Shown here in pieces: positions 9,159 through 21,508 of a stretch of 32,000 bases of DNA. The translations under genes were made by a program, and so were the position numbers. Origin of the DNA: Methanobacteriaceae archaeon. GTDB taxonomy: Archaea; Methanobacteriota; Methanobacteria; Methanobacteriales; Methanobacteriaceae. Numbering within the stretch: the stretch's first letter is position 1; each line of letters begins with the position of its first letter. Where the stretch lies: contig PWMT01000168.1 in assembly GCA_003558085.1 (NCBI GenBank), forward strand, positions 1 through 32,000, given 5' to 3'. The notes under the pieces are model-generated. The model was not told where the DNA came from. It saw only the letters and a program-made list of their open reading frames with translations, and ran no database searches.

Positions 9159-9931
9159 TATTTATCCTCCATTTTTAAAAGCTCCTCAGCCAGTTTAATA
9201 TAAGATATGGTGCCTTTACTCTCTTGATCATATAAGATACAAGGTTTTCCATAACTTGGGGCTTCTGCTAGACGCACATTGCGCGGTATGGTAGTTTTAA
9301 AAATATATTCTTTATCTCCAAAGAATTTTTTAACCTCTTGATGCACCTCACGACCCAATCTTGTTCGTGAATCATAAAGAGTCATTAAAATACCTTTAAT
9401 GGGTGAGGGACTTTGTAGACGCTCTTCTACTAAATTCATAGTTTTAAGTAAATCAGCCATTCCCTCCAGTGCATAATATTCGGCCTGTATAGGAATAATA
9501 ACACTATCTGATGCAACCAAAGCATTTAAAGTAAGTATGCCTAAAGAAGGAGGTACATCCACAATAATATAATCAAAAAGCTCTTTTACATTTTTTAGAG
9601 CCTCTTCTAAAATGGAATGGTATCCGATTTCTCTACTAAGCTCTACTTCCGCACCAGATAGGGAAATATTGCTAGGTAAAATATATAATCCTTCCACCAT
9701 TGTGGGCAGTATAGCATCTGCTATATCATGTTCTCTGCTTAAAACGGAATATATGCTATAATCAAGATTGGCTTTTTCCACCCCAAAACCCGTGGTAGCA
9801 TTTCCCTGAGGATCCATATCAACCAAGAGTACTTTTTTATCAAATAAAGCTAATGCTGTGGATAAATTTACTGCTGTGGTAGTCTTGCCACAACCACCTT
9901 TTTGATTTAATATTGAAATTATTTCTCCCAT
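9158..9931 (-). CDS. ParA/Soj/SegA-type partition ATPase
   Basis: The product has the deviant Walker A motif NQKGGCGKTT with the signature Lys. It also has DMDPQGNAT, the Walker B motif IIVDVPPSLG, and PRNVRLAEAPSYGKP, which is typical of chromosomal ParA/Soj. Confidence 0.9.
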   Translation of the reverse strand: MGEIISILNQKGGCGKTTTAVNLSTALALFDKKVLLVDMDPQGNATTGFGVEKANLDYSIYSVLSREHDIADAILPTMVEGLYILPSNISLSGAEVELSREIGYHSILEEALKNVKELFDYIIVDVPPSLGILTLNALVASDSVIIPIQAEYYALEGMADLLKTMNLVEERLQSPSPIKGILMTLYDSRTRLGREVHQEVKKFFGDKEYIFKTTIPRNVRLAEAPSYGKPCILYDQESKGTISYIKLAEELLKMEDK

Positions 9932-9950
9932 CCGATCCCTCCAAAAATAA

Positions 9951-10040
9951 GCTAGTATCCTAGTTATAAGTGATATAAGCTAATATCCTACTTATAAGTG
10001 ATAAGTATTATGTTATAAGTTAAAACTTATAACTTATAAG
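9951..10040. repeat. Repeat array upstream of the ParA-like operon (candidate centromere/operator)
   Basis: Two tandem 28-bp units (9951-9978 and 9979-10006) match at 23 of 28 positions and share the core TTATAAGTGATA. They are followed by the palindrome GTTATAAGT-taaa-ACTTATAAC (10012-10033) and a further CTTATAAG (10033-10040). The array lies 20-110 bp upstream of the ParA start at 9931. Confidence 0.7.
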
Positions 10041-10065
10041 AGCCAAAGAGGTATGAGTATTGTTG

Positions 10066-10073
10066 AAAAAAAA
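10066..10073 (-). terminator. Oligo-T (T8) tract after thrS
   Basis: An A8 run on the plus strand gives T8 on the minus strand, about 10 nt downstream of the thrS stop codon (10083-10085). Oligo-T tracts are the established archaeal termination signal. Confidence 0.5.
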
Positions 10074-10082
10074 TAGATTAGA

Positions 10083-11912
10083 TTAAAATGCAATCCTTTC
10101 AGAAACTAGCAGCGGTAAAGGCAAAGCTCTAAATGGCATGCCGCTAGTTTCATCTTTTATTATTTTCACCAGATTATCCAGATCAGTGGTCTTTTTTTCT
10201 TCATTTTTTCGTATGTTTGCGGTGATTTCACCACTTTCGACTTCTCTATCCCCGATTACCACCACATAGGGTATCCATTCTTGGGCCGCGTTTCTTATTT
10301 TTTTACCCACCCTCTCTACACGATCATCCACATCTACTCTTATATTATGATCCTTTAATTTAGCGGCAAAATCAAGGGCAAAATCAAGGTGCCTTTCAGA
10401 GATAGGTAATAATCTAACCTGGGTAGGTGAAAGCCAAGTAGGTAACATTGGTGCTTTTTCATTCCTTTCAATAGCTGTTTTCTCAAGTAAACTGCATATC
10501 ACTCTTTCTATGCTTCCAGTAGGACTACAATGAATAATTATAGGGTGTGCTTCCTCTTCATCTTCATTTACATAAGTAATATCAAATCTTTCCCCGCTTT
10601 CCACATCAATTTGTATAGTAGGATTTTCAATAGGTCTTCCTAGATAATCAATAGCAGCAAAATCCATTTTACAAATCCAATAATGTTTTCTTTCTGCTAA
10701 AATTTCGATTAGGACAGGTTTATCTACTTTAGAAGCAGCCTGATGCATCCAGTCCTTATATTTTTCATAGAAATCTTCTGTAGCCCGGAATATAACCTCA
10801 TAATTTACTTCTAAGTCCTCACCGGTCTTTTTACACATGAGGATTTGACGATCGAATTCCGTTAATGACTGTTCCAGATCCTGACAGACGGTATGCAAAT
10901 CAGGCATGGTGAAACCACGCAAGCGTTTTAAACCTACTACTTCGCCTTTTTTCTCCATGCGGAAACTGTAAGTTGATAATTCATAAATTCTAACCGGAAG
11001 GTTTTTCCAGGTTAAAAAAGAGTCAGATAAAACTCTAAAAGCTCCAAAACAGCATGCATATCTTAACATGAGCTCCTTTTTACTATGGCCCATACGATAC
11101 TGACGTTCACCAAACTTTTCAGCATGTACTCTTATGGCTTCATCTGCCAGATCATACATAATAGGAGTTTCTACTTGCATTGCTCCTTCATGGGTGACAA
11201 GTTGATATACATAGTCTGCCAGTAAATCACGAATTAATCTACCTTTAGGATACCAACGAAGATGTCCAACATCGGCAGAGGGTTCATAGTCTGCTAAATT
11301 TTTCTCTCGCATTAGTTTTACATGTGGTGATTCCTCACCGCTTGATTTAATCTTTCCCAACTCATACATGGCCAGTTTTCGTAGTTCTTCGCTTTTGAAT
11401 TCAAATTCATCAGGTGAGATAAGCTTACCCTGATCTAAAATGTACCATTGAGATTCTATATCTTTTTCTTCTATTTCTTGAATTTTATCCTCAGGAGTAA
11501 TAGTACGGGATAATTCTGAAAGAGGATGGCCTTTACAAGATATTTCAAAGGATTTATACCATCCAAAAGGAGCTCGGGCCACTTTATATCCTTTTTCTTT
11601 TAAAATAGTCTCCATGTTATTTAAAATTGATTTAGCGGTTTCAGGAGAACTTAAAGAAGAGGTTAAATGAGCATAGGGGTATATGACTATTCCTTCTGCT
11701 TTTATTTTTTTGAAAACATCTTCCACTTCTTTTATTACTTTTGGAACGATTTCTTCAGATTTATTTTCATCTTCTGCTTCCACTGCAGTGAAAACTACCA
11801 ATACATCTTTAAAATAGCCTTCTTTTTGATCTGGTTCAATTTGCTCAGCAATTTTGGTTTTGTTTTTGGTTTGATATTTTAAATAATCGGAGTGAATAAA
11901 TAATACACGCAT
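10083..11912 (-). CDS. thrS: Threonyl-tRNA synthetase, archaeal type
   Basis: The 609-aa product has a class II catalytic core and anticodon-binding domain (…RGFTMPDLH…, …[11 protein letters not shown]…). Its N-terminal ~140 aa ([13 protein letters not shown]…) matches the archaea-specific editing domain rather than the bacterial N1/N2 domains. Confidence 0.9.
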   Translation of the reverse strand: MRVLFIHSDYLKYQTKNKTKIAEQIEPDQKEGYFKDVLVVFTAVEAEDENKSEEIVPKVIKEVEDVFKKIKAEGIVIYPYAHLTSSLSSPETAKSILNNMETILKEKGYKVARAPFGWYKSFEISCKGHPLSELSRTITPEDKIQEIEEKDIESQWYILDQGKLISPDEFEFKSEELRKLAMYELGKIKSSGEESPHVKLMREKNLADYEPSADVGHLRWYPKGRLIRDLLADYVYQLVTHEGAMQVETPIMYDLADEAIRVHAEKFGERQYRMGHSKKELMLRYACCFGAFRVLSDSFLTWKNLPVRIYELSTYSFRMEKKGEVVGLKRLRGFTMPDLHTVCQDLEQSLTEFDRQILMCKKTGEDLEVNYEVIFRATEDFYEKYKDWMHQAASKVDKPVLIEILAERKHYWICKMDFAAIDYLGRPIENPTIQIDVESGERFDITYVNEDEEEAHPIIIHCSPTGSIERVICSLLEKTAIERNEKAPMLPTWLSPTQVRLLPISERHLDFALDFAAKLKDHNIRVDVDDRVERVGKKIRNAAQEWIPYVVVIGDREVESGEITANIRKNEEKKTTDLDNLVKIIKDETSGMPFRALPLPLLVSERIAF

Positions 11913-12330
11913 TTAACCACCTAATAAAAAATTTGACAATGGATCAAGACATTAGTTAATTAAACTAAATTTGCTTTAGAAACTACGGATAAGTAATGGT
12001 TAATTAATAACTAATAGATTATATGGTATAATATTATCCTAGTTTTTAAGTTTATTCCTGAAATTTTTGTCTGATACTAAATTTTTTTATAAACCTTCTG
12101 CAACAATAAAAATAAGAACTGATTAGTAAAATTTACAAAAGTCATATAACAAATTTTATATTTTATTACTTTTTATTCTTTGATATTGTAAGTTTTAGGG
12201 GTTTTTTAGAATTACTTAAAATTTTTTAACCAAAAATATCTCATTTTTTTTAAGAAAAAGACTAAATAAGGTTTATAAAATAAGTGCTAAATAGAAAAAC
12301 TTCCCCCAAACATTGCAAGGTATCATTTTT

Positions 12331-13119
12331 TTAAATTCTTTTATGCATATCTTCTTTCCACATTTGTTCAAATACTTGAGCATAATTTTGCGCTATTTCT
12401 TTGTATTGATTCCAAACCCCTATGGCACTTATGGGTAAGGCCTGATGATCTTCTCCAGAAAATTTGGAAAATATTAGCATCATCTCGGTTTCATCACGAA
12501 CGATCATCTTAACAAAAGGTATTTGGTAAGTTCTAACCTGGCCAGATATACCATTTAACTCCTGGGCTAAGTCTACCTTTTCCTGTCCTATAAAAGTGTA
12601 AGGTGCGGCCATTATTTTTATTAAAACCCCTCTTTTTGCTGCCTTATTTAACTTTTCTTTTATAAGCTCTAATTCACCTTCAAACATGAACCCCGCTCTT
12701 ATATTAATAGTTTTTTTGGCTCTAGAAATTATTTCTAGTTCTTTTTTTATTATCTTGTCAGGTCCGTGAATTAACCAAATAGGCGCGGAAACCTGAGATA
12801 TTTGGTTGTCATAAATGTTAGTTAATTGCTGTTCAGCTTTTTCCAACTCTTTAAGCATGCGTTTTTTATTTATTTTAAAAACTTCCATAGGAGATATTAC
12901 AGAATATTTTAATGGTCTACCTCTTTCTATTTCCACAAAGCCTTTTTCGGCCATTTCCTTTAAAACATCATAAATTCTGGAGCGAGGAATTTTAGAGTGA
13001 AGGCTGATTTCAGAGGCTGTTCCAGATATCATAGAAGTCAAAGCTAGATAAGTGCGGGCTTCATAGTCAGTTAAACCCATTATTTTTAGAGATTTCCATA
13101 TTTTTTTATCTAAATGCAT
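12331..13119 (-). CDS. TrmB-family transcriptional regulator
   Basis: The N-terminal winged-HTH is LKIMGLTDYEARTYLALTSMISGTASEISLHSKIPRSRIYDVLKEMAEKGFVE, followed by a TrmB-like C-terminal domain. The gene is divergent from hcp. Confidence 0.8.
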   Translation of the reverse strand: MHLDKKIWKSLKIMGLTDYEARTYLALTSMISGTASEISLHSKIPRSRIYDVLKEMAEKGFVEIERGRPLKYSVISPMEVFKINKKRMLKELEKAEQQLTNIYDNQISQVSAPIWLIHGPDKIIKKELEIISRAKKTINIRAGFMFEGELELIKEKLNKAAKRGVLIKIMAAPYTFIGQEKVDLAQELNGISGQVRTYQIPFVKMIVRDETEMMLIFSKFSGEDHQALPISAIGVWNQYKEIAQNYAQVFEQMWKEDMHKRI

Positions 13120-13397
13120 TTACTACACCATTCTTTTTTTTTTCTTAGATCATAGTAGAAAAATTAATTCCACTCAACAATATTTGTTTCATTTTATACT
13201 AAACTAGTGACAAAAGTTATTTATAGTTTGCTGATCTATTATAAAACAGGAAGAAAAGGAATTATTCTGAATATAAGGATCCTATCAAAAAAATTTAATC
13301 CTCAAAATAGATAGTTGATTTCTAATAAAAAAATGAGGAGTTTTAAAATTCTTAATCAAAATTAGTTTATTATATTTGTATTAAAACGGTTTAGCTC

Positions 13398-13424
13398 AAT
13401 CTTATAAAGGTTAAATCTTATAAA
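13398..13424 (+). promoter_or_regulatory. Duplicated AATCTTATAAA element in the trmB-hcp intergenic region (probable TATA box plus a second copy)
   Basis: AATCTTATAAA occurs at 13398-13408 and 13414-13424. The second copy lies about 55 nt upstream of the hcp ATG (13478), where a TATA box is expected. Confidence 0.35.
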
Positions 13425-13477
13425 TTGCACTTTTTTAATAAAAAAAATTGAATATAGCTTTAAATGGAGGTAAAAAT

Positions 13478-14791
13478 ATGGAAAAAAAAGATGCATTAGA
13501 TATGTTCTGTTATCAGTGCTCTCAAACTGCTAGAGGTACCGGTTGCACTATAAGAGGTGTTTGTGGAAAAAATCCCACGGTGGCAAGATTACAGGATAAT
13601 CTCTTATTCGCCATGAAAGGCATATCTGCTTATCTATACCATGCTCGGGAATTAGGATATACTGATGAAGAAGTTGATGCTTTCTTAGAACGTGGATTTT
13701 ATTCCACCTTAACCAATGTAAATTTTGATCCTGAAAGTTTTGTAGAAATGGCCTTAGAAGCTGGAAGGATGAACATAAAAACCATGCAACTGCTTAAACA
13801 AGCCCATATTGACAATTATGGAGATCCAGTACCCACTGAAGTTCCGGTAGGTGCAGTAAAAGGTCCTGGGATTTTAGCCACAGGTCACAGTCTCAAAGCA
13901 TTAGAAGAATTATTAAAACAAACAGAAGGTAAAGGTATAAATGTTTATACCCACTCAGAACTGCTACCTGCCCATGGATATCCTGAATTAAAAAAATACA
14001 AACATCTGGTAGGTCAACTAGGTGGAGCTTGGTTTGATCAGCGAAAAACTTTTGCTAAATATCCAGTAGCCATCTTAGGAACCAGTAATTGTGTATTGAT
14101 TCCTCCAGAGCAATATCGAGAAAGAATGTTTACTAGTGGAGTGGCAGAGTTACCTGAGGTTGAACACATTGAAGATTATGATTTTACTCCAGTTATTGAA
14201 AAAGCACTTGAATTAGGAGATTTAGAAGAAGAACCTAGAGATAAAGTTTTAACCACTGGATTTGGTGCATCAACTATTCTTTCTCTAGCCCCAAAAATTA
14301 AAGAACTGGTAGAAAACGGGAAAATTAAACAATTCTTATTGGTGGGAGGATGTGATTCTCCCTTAACCCAGGCTAAATATTATACTGAATTTGTTGAAAA
14401 ATTGCCGGATGATGTGGTAATTCTTACACTTGCCTGTGGTAAATATCGTTTTAATGACCTAGATTTGGGAGATATTGAAGGTGTGCCTCGACTAATTGAT
14501 GTAGGACAATGTAATGATGCCATAGTAGCTGTAGATGTGGCAAACGCGCTTAGTGAATTATTTGGGTTGGATCTTAACGAACTACCCTTGACTATCGTAG
14601 CCAGCTGGATGGAGCAAAAAGCTGCTGCCATTCTATGGAGTTTGCTGGCACTGGATTTAAAAGGAATTTATTTAGGGCCGATAATACCTGGATGGGCTAA
14701 TGAAGATATAATCAACGTACTGGTTGATAAATATGATGTTAGACCCATAGGTGATCCTGAAGAAGATATTAAACAAATTTTGGGATCTTAA
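13478..14791 (+). CDS. hcp: Hybrid-cluster protein / hydroxylamine reductase (short, class-III-like form)
   Basis: The N-terminal Cys motif is [21 protein letters not shown]. Later hybrid-cluster ligand regions are present ([33 protein letters not shown]). I place the start at ATG 13478, which has a GGAGG SD at 13466-13470, rather than the track's TTG at 13448. Confidence 0.9.
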   Translation: MEKKDALDMFCYQCSQTARGTGCTIRGVCGKNPTVARLQDNLLFAMKGISAYLYHARELGYTDEEVDAFLERGFYSTLTNVNFDPESFVEMALEAGRMNIKTMQLLKQAHIDNYGDPVPTEVPVGAVKGPGILATGHSLKALEELLKQTEGKGINVYTHSELLPAHGYPELKKYKHLVGQLGGAWFDQRKTFAKYPVAILGTSNCVLIPPEQYRERMFTSGVAELPEVEHIEDYDFTPVIEKALELGDLEEEPRDKVLTTGFGASTILSLAPKIKELVENGKIKQFLLVGGCDSPLTQAKYYTEFVEKLPDDVVILTLACGKYRFNDLDLGDIEGVPRLIDVGQCNDAIVAVDVANALSELFGLDLNELPLTIVASWMEQKAAAILWSLLALDLKGIYLGPIIPGWANEDIINVLVDKYDVRPIGDPEEDIKQILGS

Positions 14792-14848
14792 AAGACCAGT
14801 TTAATATCTTATTTCTTTATTTTAATACTCCGTCAAGGAAAGATTTAA

Positions 14849-15655
14849 ATGCAAATTCAAATTTCTAGGCTGAAAAGAAAATTTAGCAAAAAGCGACTGA
14901 AAAGAAAATTAGGTTTTCGCGGTCCAATTATGTTGATATTGTTAGTGCTACTTCCTATTTTAATAATTATTTATTCGCCAGTGAAAATTATTATGGGTTC
15001 CTTGAATGGATTGATGACATTTAGTTCAGTGGTATTCCTTTTATGGATGATATCAGCATTATTTATAGGTCGAGGAGGATCATGTGGTTATTTATGTCCT
15101 TACGGAGCATTATCAGAAGTAATGGGCGGATGGTTGATGAATAAGAAAGTCCGCTCCCCTCTTGCATCAAAAATTAAATATTTATCTTTTGCAGGTTTTT
15201 TAGCGCTAATTATATTTTCAAGAAGAGTAATTGGTGGTAATAGTGGTTTTGATCCCTTTTTAATAAGTGATCAAGTAAATTTTTTAAATATAGATAGTTA
15301 TGGGGTTATGCTTATGGTTATAGCCTTTACAGTGGTGGTTGGAATATCCAGCATCGCCGGAAATAGGGCTTTTTGTCGTTATCTATGCCCACAGGCAATT
15401 TTTTTATACATTCCCCAGAAAGTTTCCAGAATAATTAAAATACCTTCTTTGAACTTAAAAGCAGACCCTGGAAAATGCGACAGTTGCCAGCGCTGTAATT
15501 GGGTCTGTCCCATGGGTCTAGAGGTGATGGAGCTGGTAAAAGAAAAGGAAGATGAACATCTTATTAGTCATTCAGATTGTATATCTTGTGGTGATTGTAT
15601 TCGGCACTGTAAAAAAGGTTCCCTTAAATATTCCTTTGGTATTCCCCGAGCTTAA
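14849..15655 (+). CDS. Membrane-bound 4Fe-4S protein, NapH/MauN-like
   Basis: Several TM segments carry the characteristic CGYLCPYGA and CRYLCPQ motifs. A C-terminal 2x[4Fe-4S] ferredoxin domain follows (CDSCQRCNWVCP, CISCGDCIRHC). Confidence 0.7.
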   Translation: MQIQISRLKRKFSKKRLKRKLGFRGPIMLILLVLLPILIIIYSPVKIIMGSLNGLMTFSSVVFLLWMISALFIGRGGSCGYLCPYGALSEVMGGWLMNKKVRSPLASKIKYLSFAGFLALIIFSRRVIGGNSGFDPFLISDQVNFLNIDSYGVMLMVIAFTVVVGISSIAGNRAFCRYLCPQAIFLYIPQKVSRIIKIPSLNLKADPGKCDSCQRCNWVCPMGLEVMELVKEKEDEHLISHSDCISCGDCIRHCKKGSLKYSFGIPRA

Positions 15656-15764
15656 GTGAGGAAATAGAGCTTTCAACTATAAATCTTATTCAATTTAAGA
15701 TAATATGAAGTTTGATATAGGAATAAGCATAAAATAGATAATTAAGAATCTTGTTGGTGATTAA

Positions 15765-16088
15765 ATGAAGGATGATTTAAAATCGAAAGTATTGGCCATT
15801 GAAGAGTTGATTGATTATCAGGACGGATCAGTAGTAAGTAGAGAGATCATCAGAAAAGAAACCGGTACTGTAACCATTTTTGCTTTTGATAAAGGTGAAG
15901 GATTAAGTGAACACACTGCGCCTTTTGATGCCATGGTGCAGATTATAGATGGAGAAGCAGAAATAACCATCTCTGGTAAAAAGAATCATCTAAAAAAGGG
16001 GGATATGATTATCATGCCTGCAGATGAACCACACGCCTTGTATGCCGTGAAAAAATATAAGATGATCTTAACTATGATCCGTTCTTAA
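15765..16088 (+). CDS. Cupin-domain protein
   Basis: The 107-aa product has the cupin motifs GLSEHTAPFDAMVQIIDGEAEI and GDMIIMPADEPHAL. Confidence 0.75.
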   Translation: MKDDLKSKVLAIEELIDYQDGSVVSREIIRKETGTVTIFAFDKGEGLSEHTAPFDAMVQIIDGEAEITISGKKNHLKKGDMIIMPADEPHALYAVKKYKMILTMIRS

Positions 16089-16414
16089 AACACTACACTT
16101 AAATTAATTTTTAATCTAAAACTAGATTAGAAATAACTCATTTAATATTTAATTAAAGTTTTTATATTACAAGTTAATAATCTAATTTTACATGCTTATG
16201 ATCTCTTGAGGGAAAGGTCAGTTAATTAATAATATAAGAAAAAATTTTATTTTACTTATATAAGTGCTAGCCTAAATTAAATTAATTAATTAAAATTATA
16301 TATTTAGATAATGGATTCCGTTACTAGTATTAAATATTAGATTCTATATAATACTTAGGGTTCACCCCGTTTTTGTGAAATATTACATATTTAAGTTTAT
16401 AAGCCGGTGGTTTA

Positions 16415-18070
16415 ATGAGAAGCGATAACATTAAAAAGGGATTGCAAAGAGCTCCCCATAGATCTCTACTTAGGGCATGTGGATTAACTGATGATGATTT
16501 TGAAAAACCATTCATAGGTATTGCTAATAGTTTTACTGATATTGTACCCGGCCATATTCATCTTAGAGAATTAAGTGAAGCAGTAAAAATCGGGATCAGC
16601 CAATCTGGAGGGGTTCCCTTCGAATTTAACACCATGGCCATATGTGATGGGATGGCCATGAATCACGAAGGAATGAATTATTCACTTGCTTCTAGAGAAA
16701 TTATAGCCGATACCGTGGAAAGTATGGCCCAAGCCCATAGTTTAGATGGATTGGTGCTAATTCCAACTTGTGATAAAGTAGTTCCGGGTATGCTCATGGC
16801 TAGTGCCCGACTTGACATACCTGCTATAGTATTAACCGGAGGGCCTATGGTTCCTGGTACATTTAAGGGAAAATCTGTAGACCTTATTAATGTTTTTGAA
16901 GGTATTGGGGCTGTATCTTCTGGTAAAATGTCCTTGGAAGAATTGGATGAATTGGAAAAATGTGCATGTCCAGGAGCTGGCTCATGTGCTGGTTTATTTA
17001 CTGCAAATACCATGGCATGTCTTACTGAAGCTATAGGTATGAGTCTGCCTGGCTGTGCCACAGCTCATGCTGTTAGTTCGAAAAAAATGAGGCTGGGTCG
17101 TTTATCTGGTGCTAGAATAGTGGAAATGGTGAATGAAAATCTTATTCCTTCCAAAATAATGACTCAAAAATCATTTGCAAATGCAGTGGCAGTTGATTTA
17201 GCACTAGGCGGTTCTACCAACACCGCCCTACACCTCCCAGCTATTGCTAGTGAACTGGAAAATAAAGGAGTAAAGGTAGATTTAGAACTATTCGATGTTA
17301 TGAGTAAAAATATACCTCATATAACCTCTATCTCTCCATCTGGAGAGCATATGATGATTGATTTAGATAAAGCCGGTGGAATACCTGCTGTTTTAAAAAC
17401 TCTAGAATCTAAGATAAATACTGAGGTCATAACTTGTAATGGTAAAAAACTGAAAGATAATATAAAAAACATTACTCTAACAGATAGATCAATAATAAGA
17501 TCTTTAGATAAACCAGTTCATAAAGAAGGCGGAATAGCTATTTTAAAAGGCAATTTAGCCCCTAATGGGTCTGTTGTAAAACAAGGTGCAGTTGATAAGA
17601 ATATGTTAACTCATCAGGGCCCTGGTAGAATATTTAACAGTGAAAATGAATGTGTAGAAGCCATATTTAATAATGAAATCGAAGATGGAGACGTTATTGT
17701 AATTCGTTATGAAGGGCCTCGAGGAGGTCCTGGTATGAGGGAGATGTTAAACCCTACTTCAGCTATTGCCGGCAGAGAACTTAAATCTGTAGCTCTAATT
17801 ACTGATGGTAGATTTTCAGGAGGAACTAGAGGACCTTGTATAGGACATGTATCCCCTGAAGCCATGAGCAATGGTCCTTTAGCAGCGCTTCAAGATGGAG
17901 ACTTGATAAAAATTGATATTCCTCAACGTAGTTTAGAAGTTGAACTTAGCCCACAGGAAATTAAAAAAAGAATGAAAAATGCAGTTAAACCTGAAAGAAA
18001 TGTTAAAGGTTTGTTAGCACGTTATCAGAAATTAGCAAGTTCCGCAGATAAAGGAGCAATTTTAAGATAG
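16415..18070 (+). CDS. ilvD: Dihydroxy-acid dehydratase
   Basis: The N-terminus is [23 protein letters not shown]. The motifs [24 protein letters not shown] and [11 protein letters not shown] are hallmarks of IlvD/Edd. Confidence 0.95.
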   Translation: MRSDNIKKGLQRAPHRSLLRACGLTDDDFEKPFIGIANSFTDIVPGHIHLRELSEAVKIGISQSGGVPFEFNTMAICDGMAMNHEGMNYSLASREIIADTVESMAQAHSLDGLVLIPTCDKVVPGMLMASARLDIPAIVLTGGPMVPGTFKGKSVDLINVFEGIGAVSSGKMSLEELDELEKCACPGAGSCAGLFTANTMACLTEAIGMSLPGCATAHAVSSKKMRLGRLSGARIVEMVNENLIPSKIMTQKSFANAVAVDLALGGSTNTALHLPAIASELENKGVKVDLELFDVMSKNIPHITSISPSGEHMMIDLDKAGGIPAVLKTLESKINTEVITCNGKKLKDNIKNITLTDRSIIRSLDKPVHKEGGIAILKGNLAPNGSVVKQGAVDKNMLTHQGPGRIFNSENECVEAIFNNEIEDGDVIVIRYEGPRGGPGMREMLNPTSAIAGRELKSVALITDGRFSGGTRGPCIGHVSPEAMSNGPLAALQDGDLIKIDIPQRSLEVELSPQEIKKRMKNAVKPERNVKGLLARYQKLASSADKGAILR

Positions 18071-18137
18071 TAAGATGCAATATTAATACTGAAAATATAT
18101 TAAAAAAAAGTTATAAACCATAATTATAGGTGTGAAC

Positions 18138-18563
18138 ATGTCCGCTACCCGGGAAATAATCATATATTTAGTAATAATTTTAGTAGGTCTCTTTGCAGCC
18201 CAACATATGAATGTGGTAGTTTCGGGAAGTATGGAACCAGTATTTCATCGAGGAGATATAGTATTTATCCAAAAAGCTGACTTCCTAGGTATACAAGAAT
18301 TTGATCCTACTACCTTAGAAAGTGGAGATATTATTGTATACAATGCACAATGGTTCCCTGAACCTGTTATACATCGAATTATTGAGGTAGGAATAGATAA
18401 TAATGGCCAAAGATTTTATATAACCCAAGGAGATAATAATCCTAACCCTGATCAGGCCCCGGTATATCCGCTACAGATTAAATCTAAAGTTATAACTATT
18501 GGGGATCAACCACTATTTTTACCAAGAATAGGATACATAACTCTCTGGATTAGAGGGTTATAA
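18138..18563 (+). CDS. Signal peptidase I, archaeal/eukaryal Sec11 type (S26B)
   Basis: An N-terminal TM anchor is followed by [17 protein letters not shown] (catalytic Ser), VIHRII (His) and GDNN. The probable start is ATG 18138, 5 nt after AGGTG; the track starts at GTG 18132. Confidence 0.8.
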   Translation: MSATREIIIYLVIILVGLFAAQHMNVVVSGSMEPVFHRGDIVFIQKADFLGIQEFDPTTLESGDIIVYNAQWFPEPVIHRIIEVGIDNNGQRFYITQGDNNPNPDQAPVYPLQIKSKVITIGDQPLFLPRIGYITLWIRGL

Positions 18564-18643
18564 AATAAAATAATTTAATCAGCAATCCTAATTTTTAACT
18601 CAACTTATATAATTTATTTTAATATTTAATTTTGGGTGAACTC

Positions 18644-20362
<1,719 letters not shown>

Positions 20363-20381
20363 GTGTTTTTCTAAAAAATCT

Positions 20382-21284
20382 TCATTTTAATAGGGTATAT
20401 AAAATAGCTTTTTGAGAGTGCAAACGATTTTCTGCTTGATCCCATACTACTGATTGTGGTCCATCAATTACACTGGCCGTGGTTTCCTGACCTCTTATAG
20501 CAGGTAAGCAATGCATGAAAATAGCATCTTTTTTAGCCAGACCCATTATTTGTTCATTAATCTGATAGGGTTGGAAAATTTTAAGGCGGTCCTTGAGTTC
20601 TGCTTCCTTACCCATACTCACCCAAACATCAGTATAAATCACATCGCATCCTTTAACAGCAGATAATATATCCGAGGTTATCTCTATTACAGCACCGGAT
20701 TTATCAGCTAAAAGTTGGGCTTTTTCCATTATTTGTAAAGGTGGTTCATATCCTGGGGGACAAGCTACGGTCATATCCATACCTAATATGGAGCATATTA
20801 AAAGTAATGAATTGCACACATTATTCCCATCACCTGCAAATAATAGTTTACCTTTAAAATCTCCTTTATATTCCAGCACAGTCTGCATATCTGCTAATGC
20901 TTGACAAGGATGTTCAAGATCAGTTAAACCATTTATAACTGGTACTGAAGAATTATTAGCTAACTGGATAAGATTATTATGTTTTCGAGCCCTGATCATA
21001 ATACCGTCTACATAACGACTCATAGTCTTGGCAGTATCGGAAATAGGTTCTCCTCTTCCAATTTGAAGATCATCAGTGGCGAGATAAAGTCCGGTCCCTC
21101 CTAACTGGTTCATTCCTACTTCAAAAGAAATCCTTGTACGAGTAGAAGGTTTCTCGAATATCATGGCCAAAGTCTTACCTTGAAGTGGTTTGCCAAAAGA
21201 AGTACTCATTTTAAACTTATGGGCTATTTCCAGTAGCTCTAAAATTTGATGCTGGACATCACATATAGATAAAAGATGTTTCAT
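20382..21284 (-). CDS. argF: Ornithine carbamoyltransferase
   Basis: The motifs are STRTR ([11 protein letters not shown]), [15 protein letters not shown] and HCLPA. Together they distinguish OTCase from ATCase. Confidence 0.9.
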   Translation of the reverse strand: MKHLLSICDVQHQILELLEIAHKFKMSTSFGKPLQGKTLAMIFEKPSTRTRISFEVGMNQLGGTGLYLATDDLQIGRGEPISDTAKTMSRYVDGIMIRARKHNNLIQLANNSSVPVINGLTDLEHPCQALADMQTVLEYKGDFKGKLLFAGDGNNVCNSLLLICSILGMDMTVACPPGYEPPLQIMEKAQLLADKSGAVIEITSDILSAVKGCDVIYTDVWVSMGKEAELKDRLKIFQPYQINEQIMGLAKKDAIFMHCLPAIRGQETTASVIDGPQSVVWDQAENRLHSQKAILYTLLK

Positions 21285-21508
21285 TTAAATTCCATCTCCA
21301 AAATATGAAATACTTATTCATTAATGATAATGTAATATATAATTATCATTTTAAACTTAATATTTTAAAATCTTGTTTTTGAATCATTGTTGACTTATAA
21401 TTTAAAATTAATTTAAATATGAAAATACGTAGATCTATTATTAAATTTGGCTTAAAATAAATTTAGTTAAGATTTAAAATATTAGTTATCTTAATTCTTT
21501 CATATGAA

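Noticed and set aside
9964-10040. TTATAA-containing repeats interpreted simply as TATA boxes
   Set aside because: This is only partly rejected: one copy probably does serve as the parA promoter TATA box. A lone TATA box does not explain five oriented copies, a 28-bp tandem duplication, dyad symmetry, or the 26/28 identical copy at 31682.
11913-12330. Unusually long (418 bp) AT-rich spacer between thrS and the trmB-family gene, considered as a possible ncRNA or ThrRS autoregulatory leader
   Set aside because: I found only short AT-only hairpins (for example TTAGTT-aatta-AACTAA). There are no GC-supported helices, no C/D-box pair and no repeat structure. A promoter plus terminator region is sufficient to explain it.
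16678-17061. 127-aa minus-strand ORF inside ilvD
   Set aside because: It is an antisense shadow of a highly conserved gene and has no independent signals.
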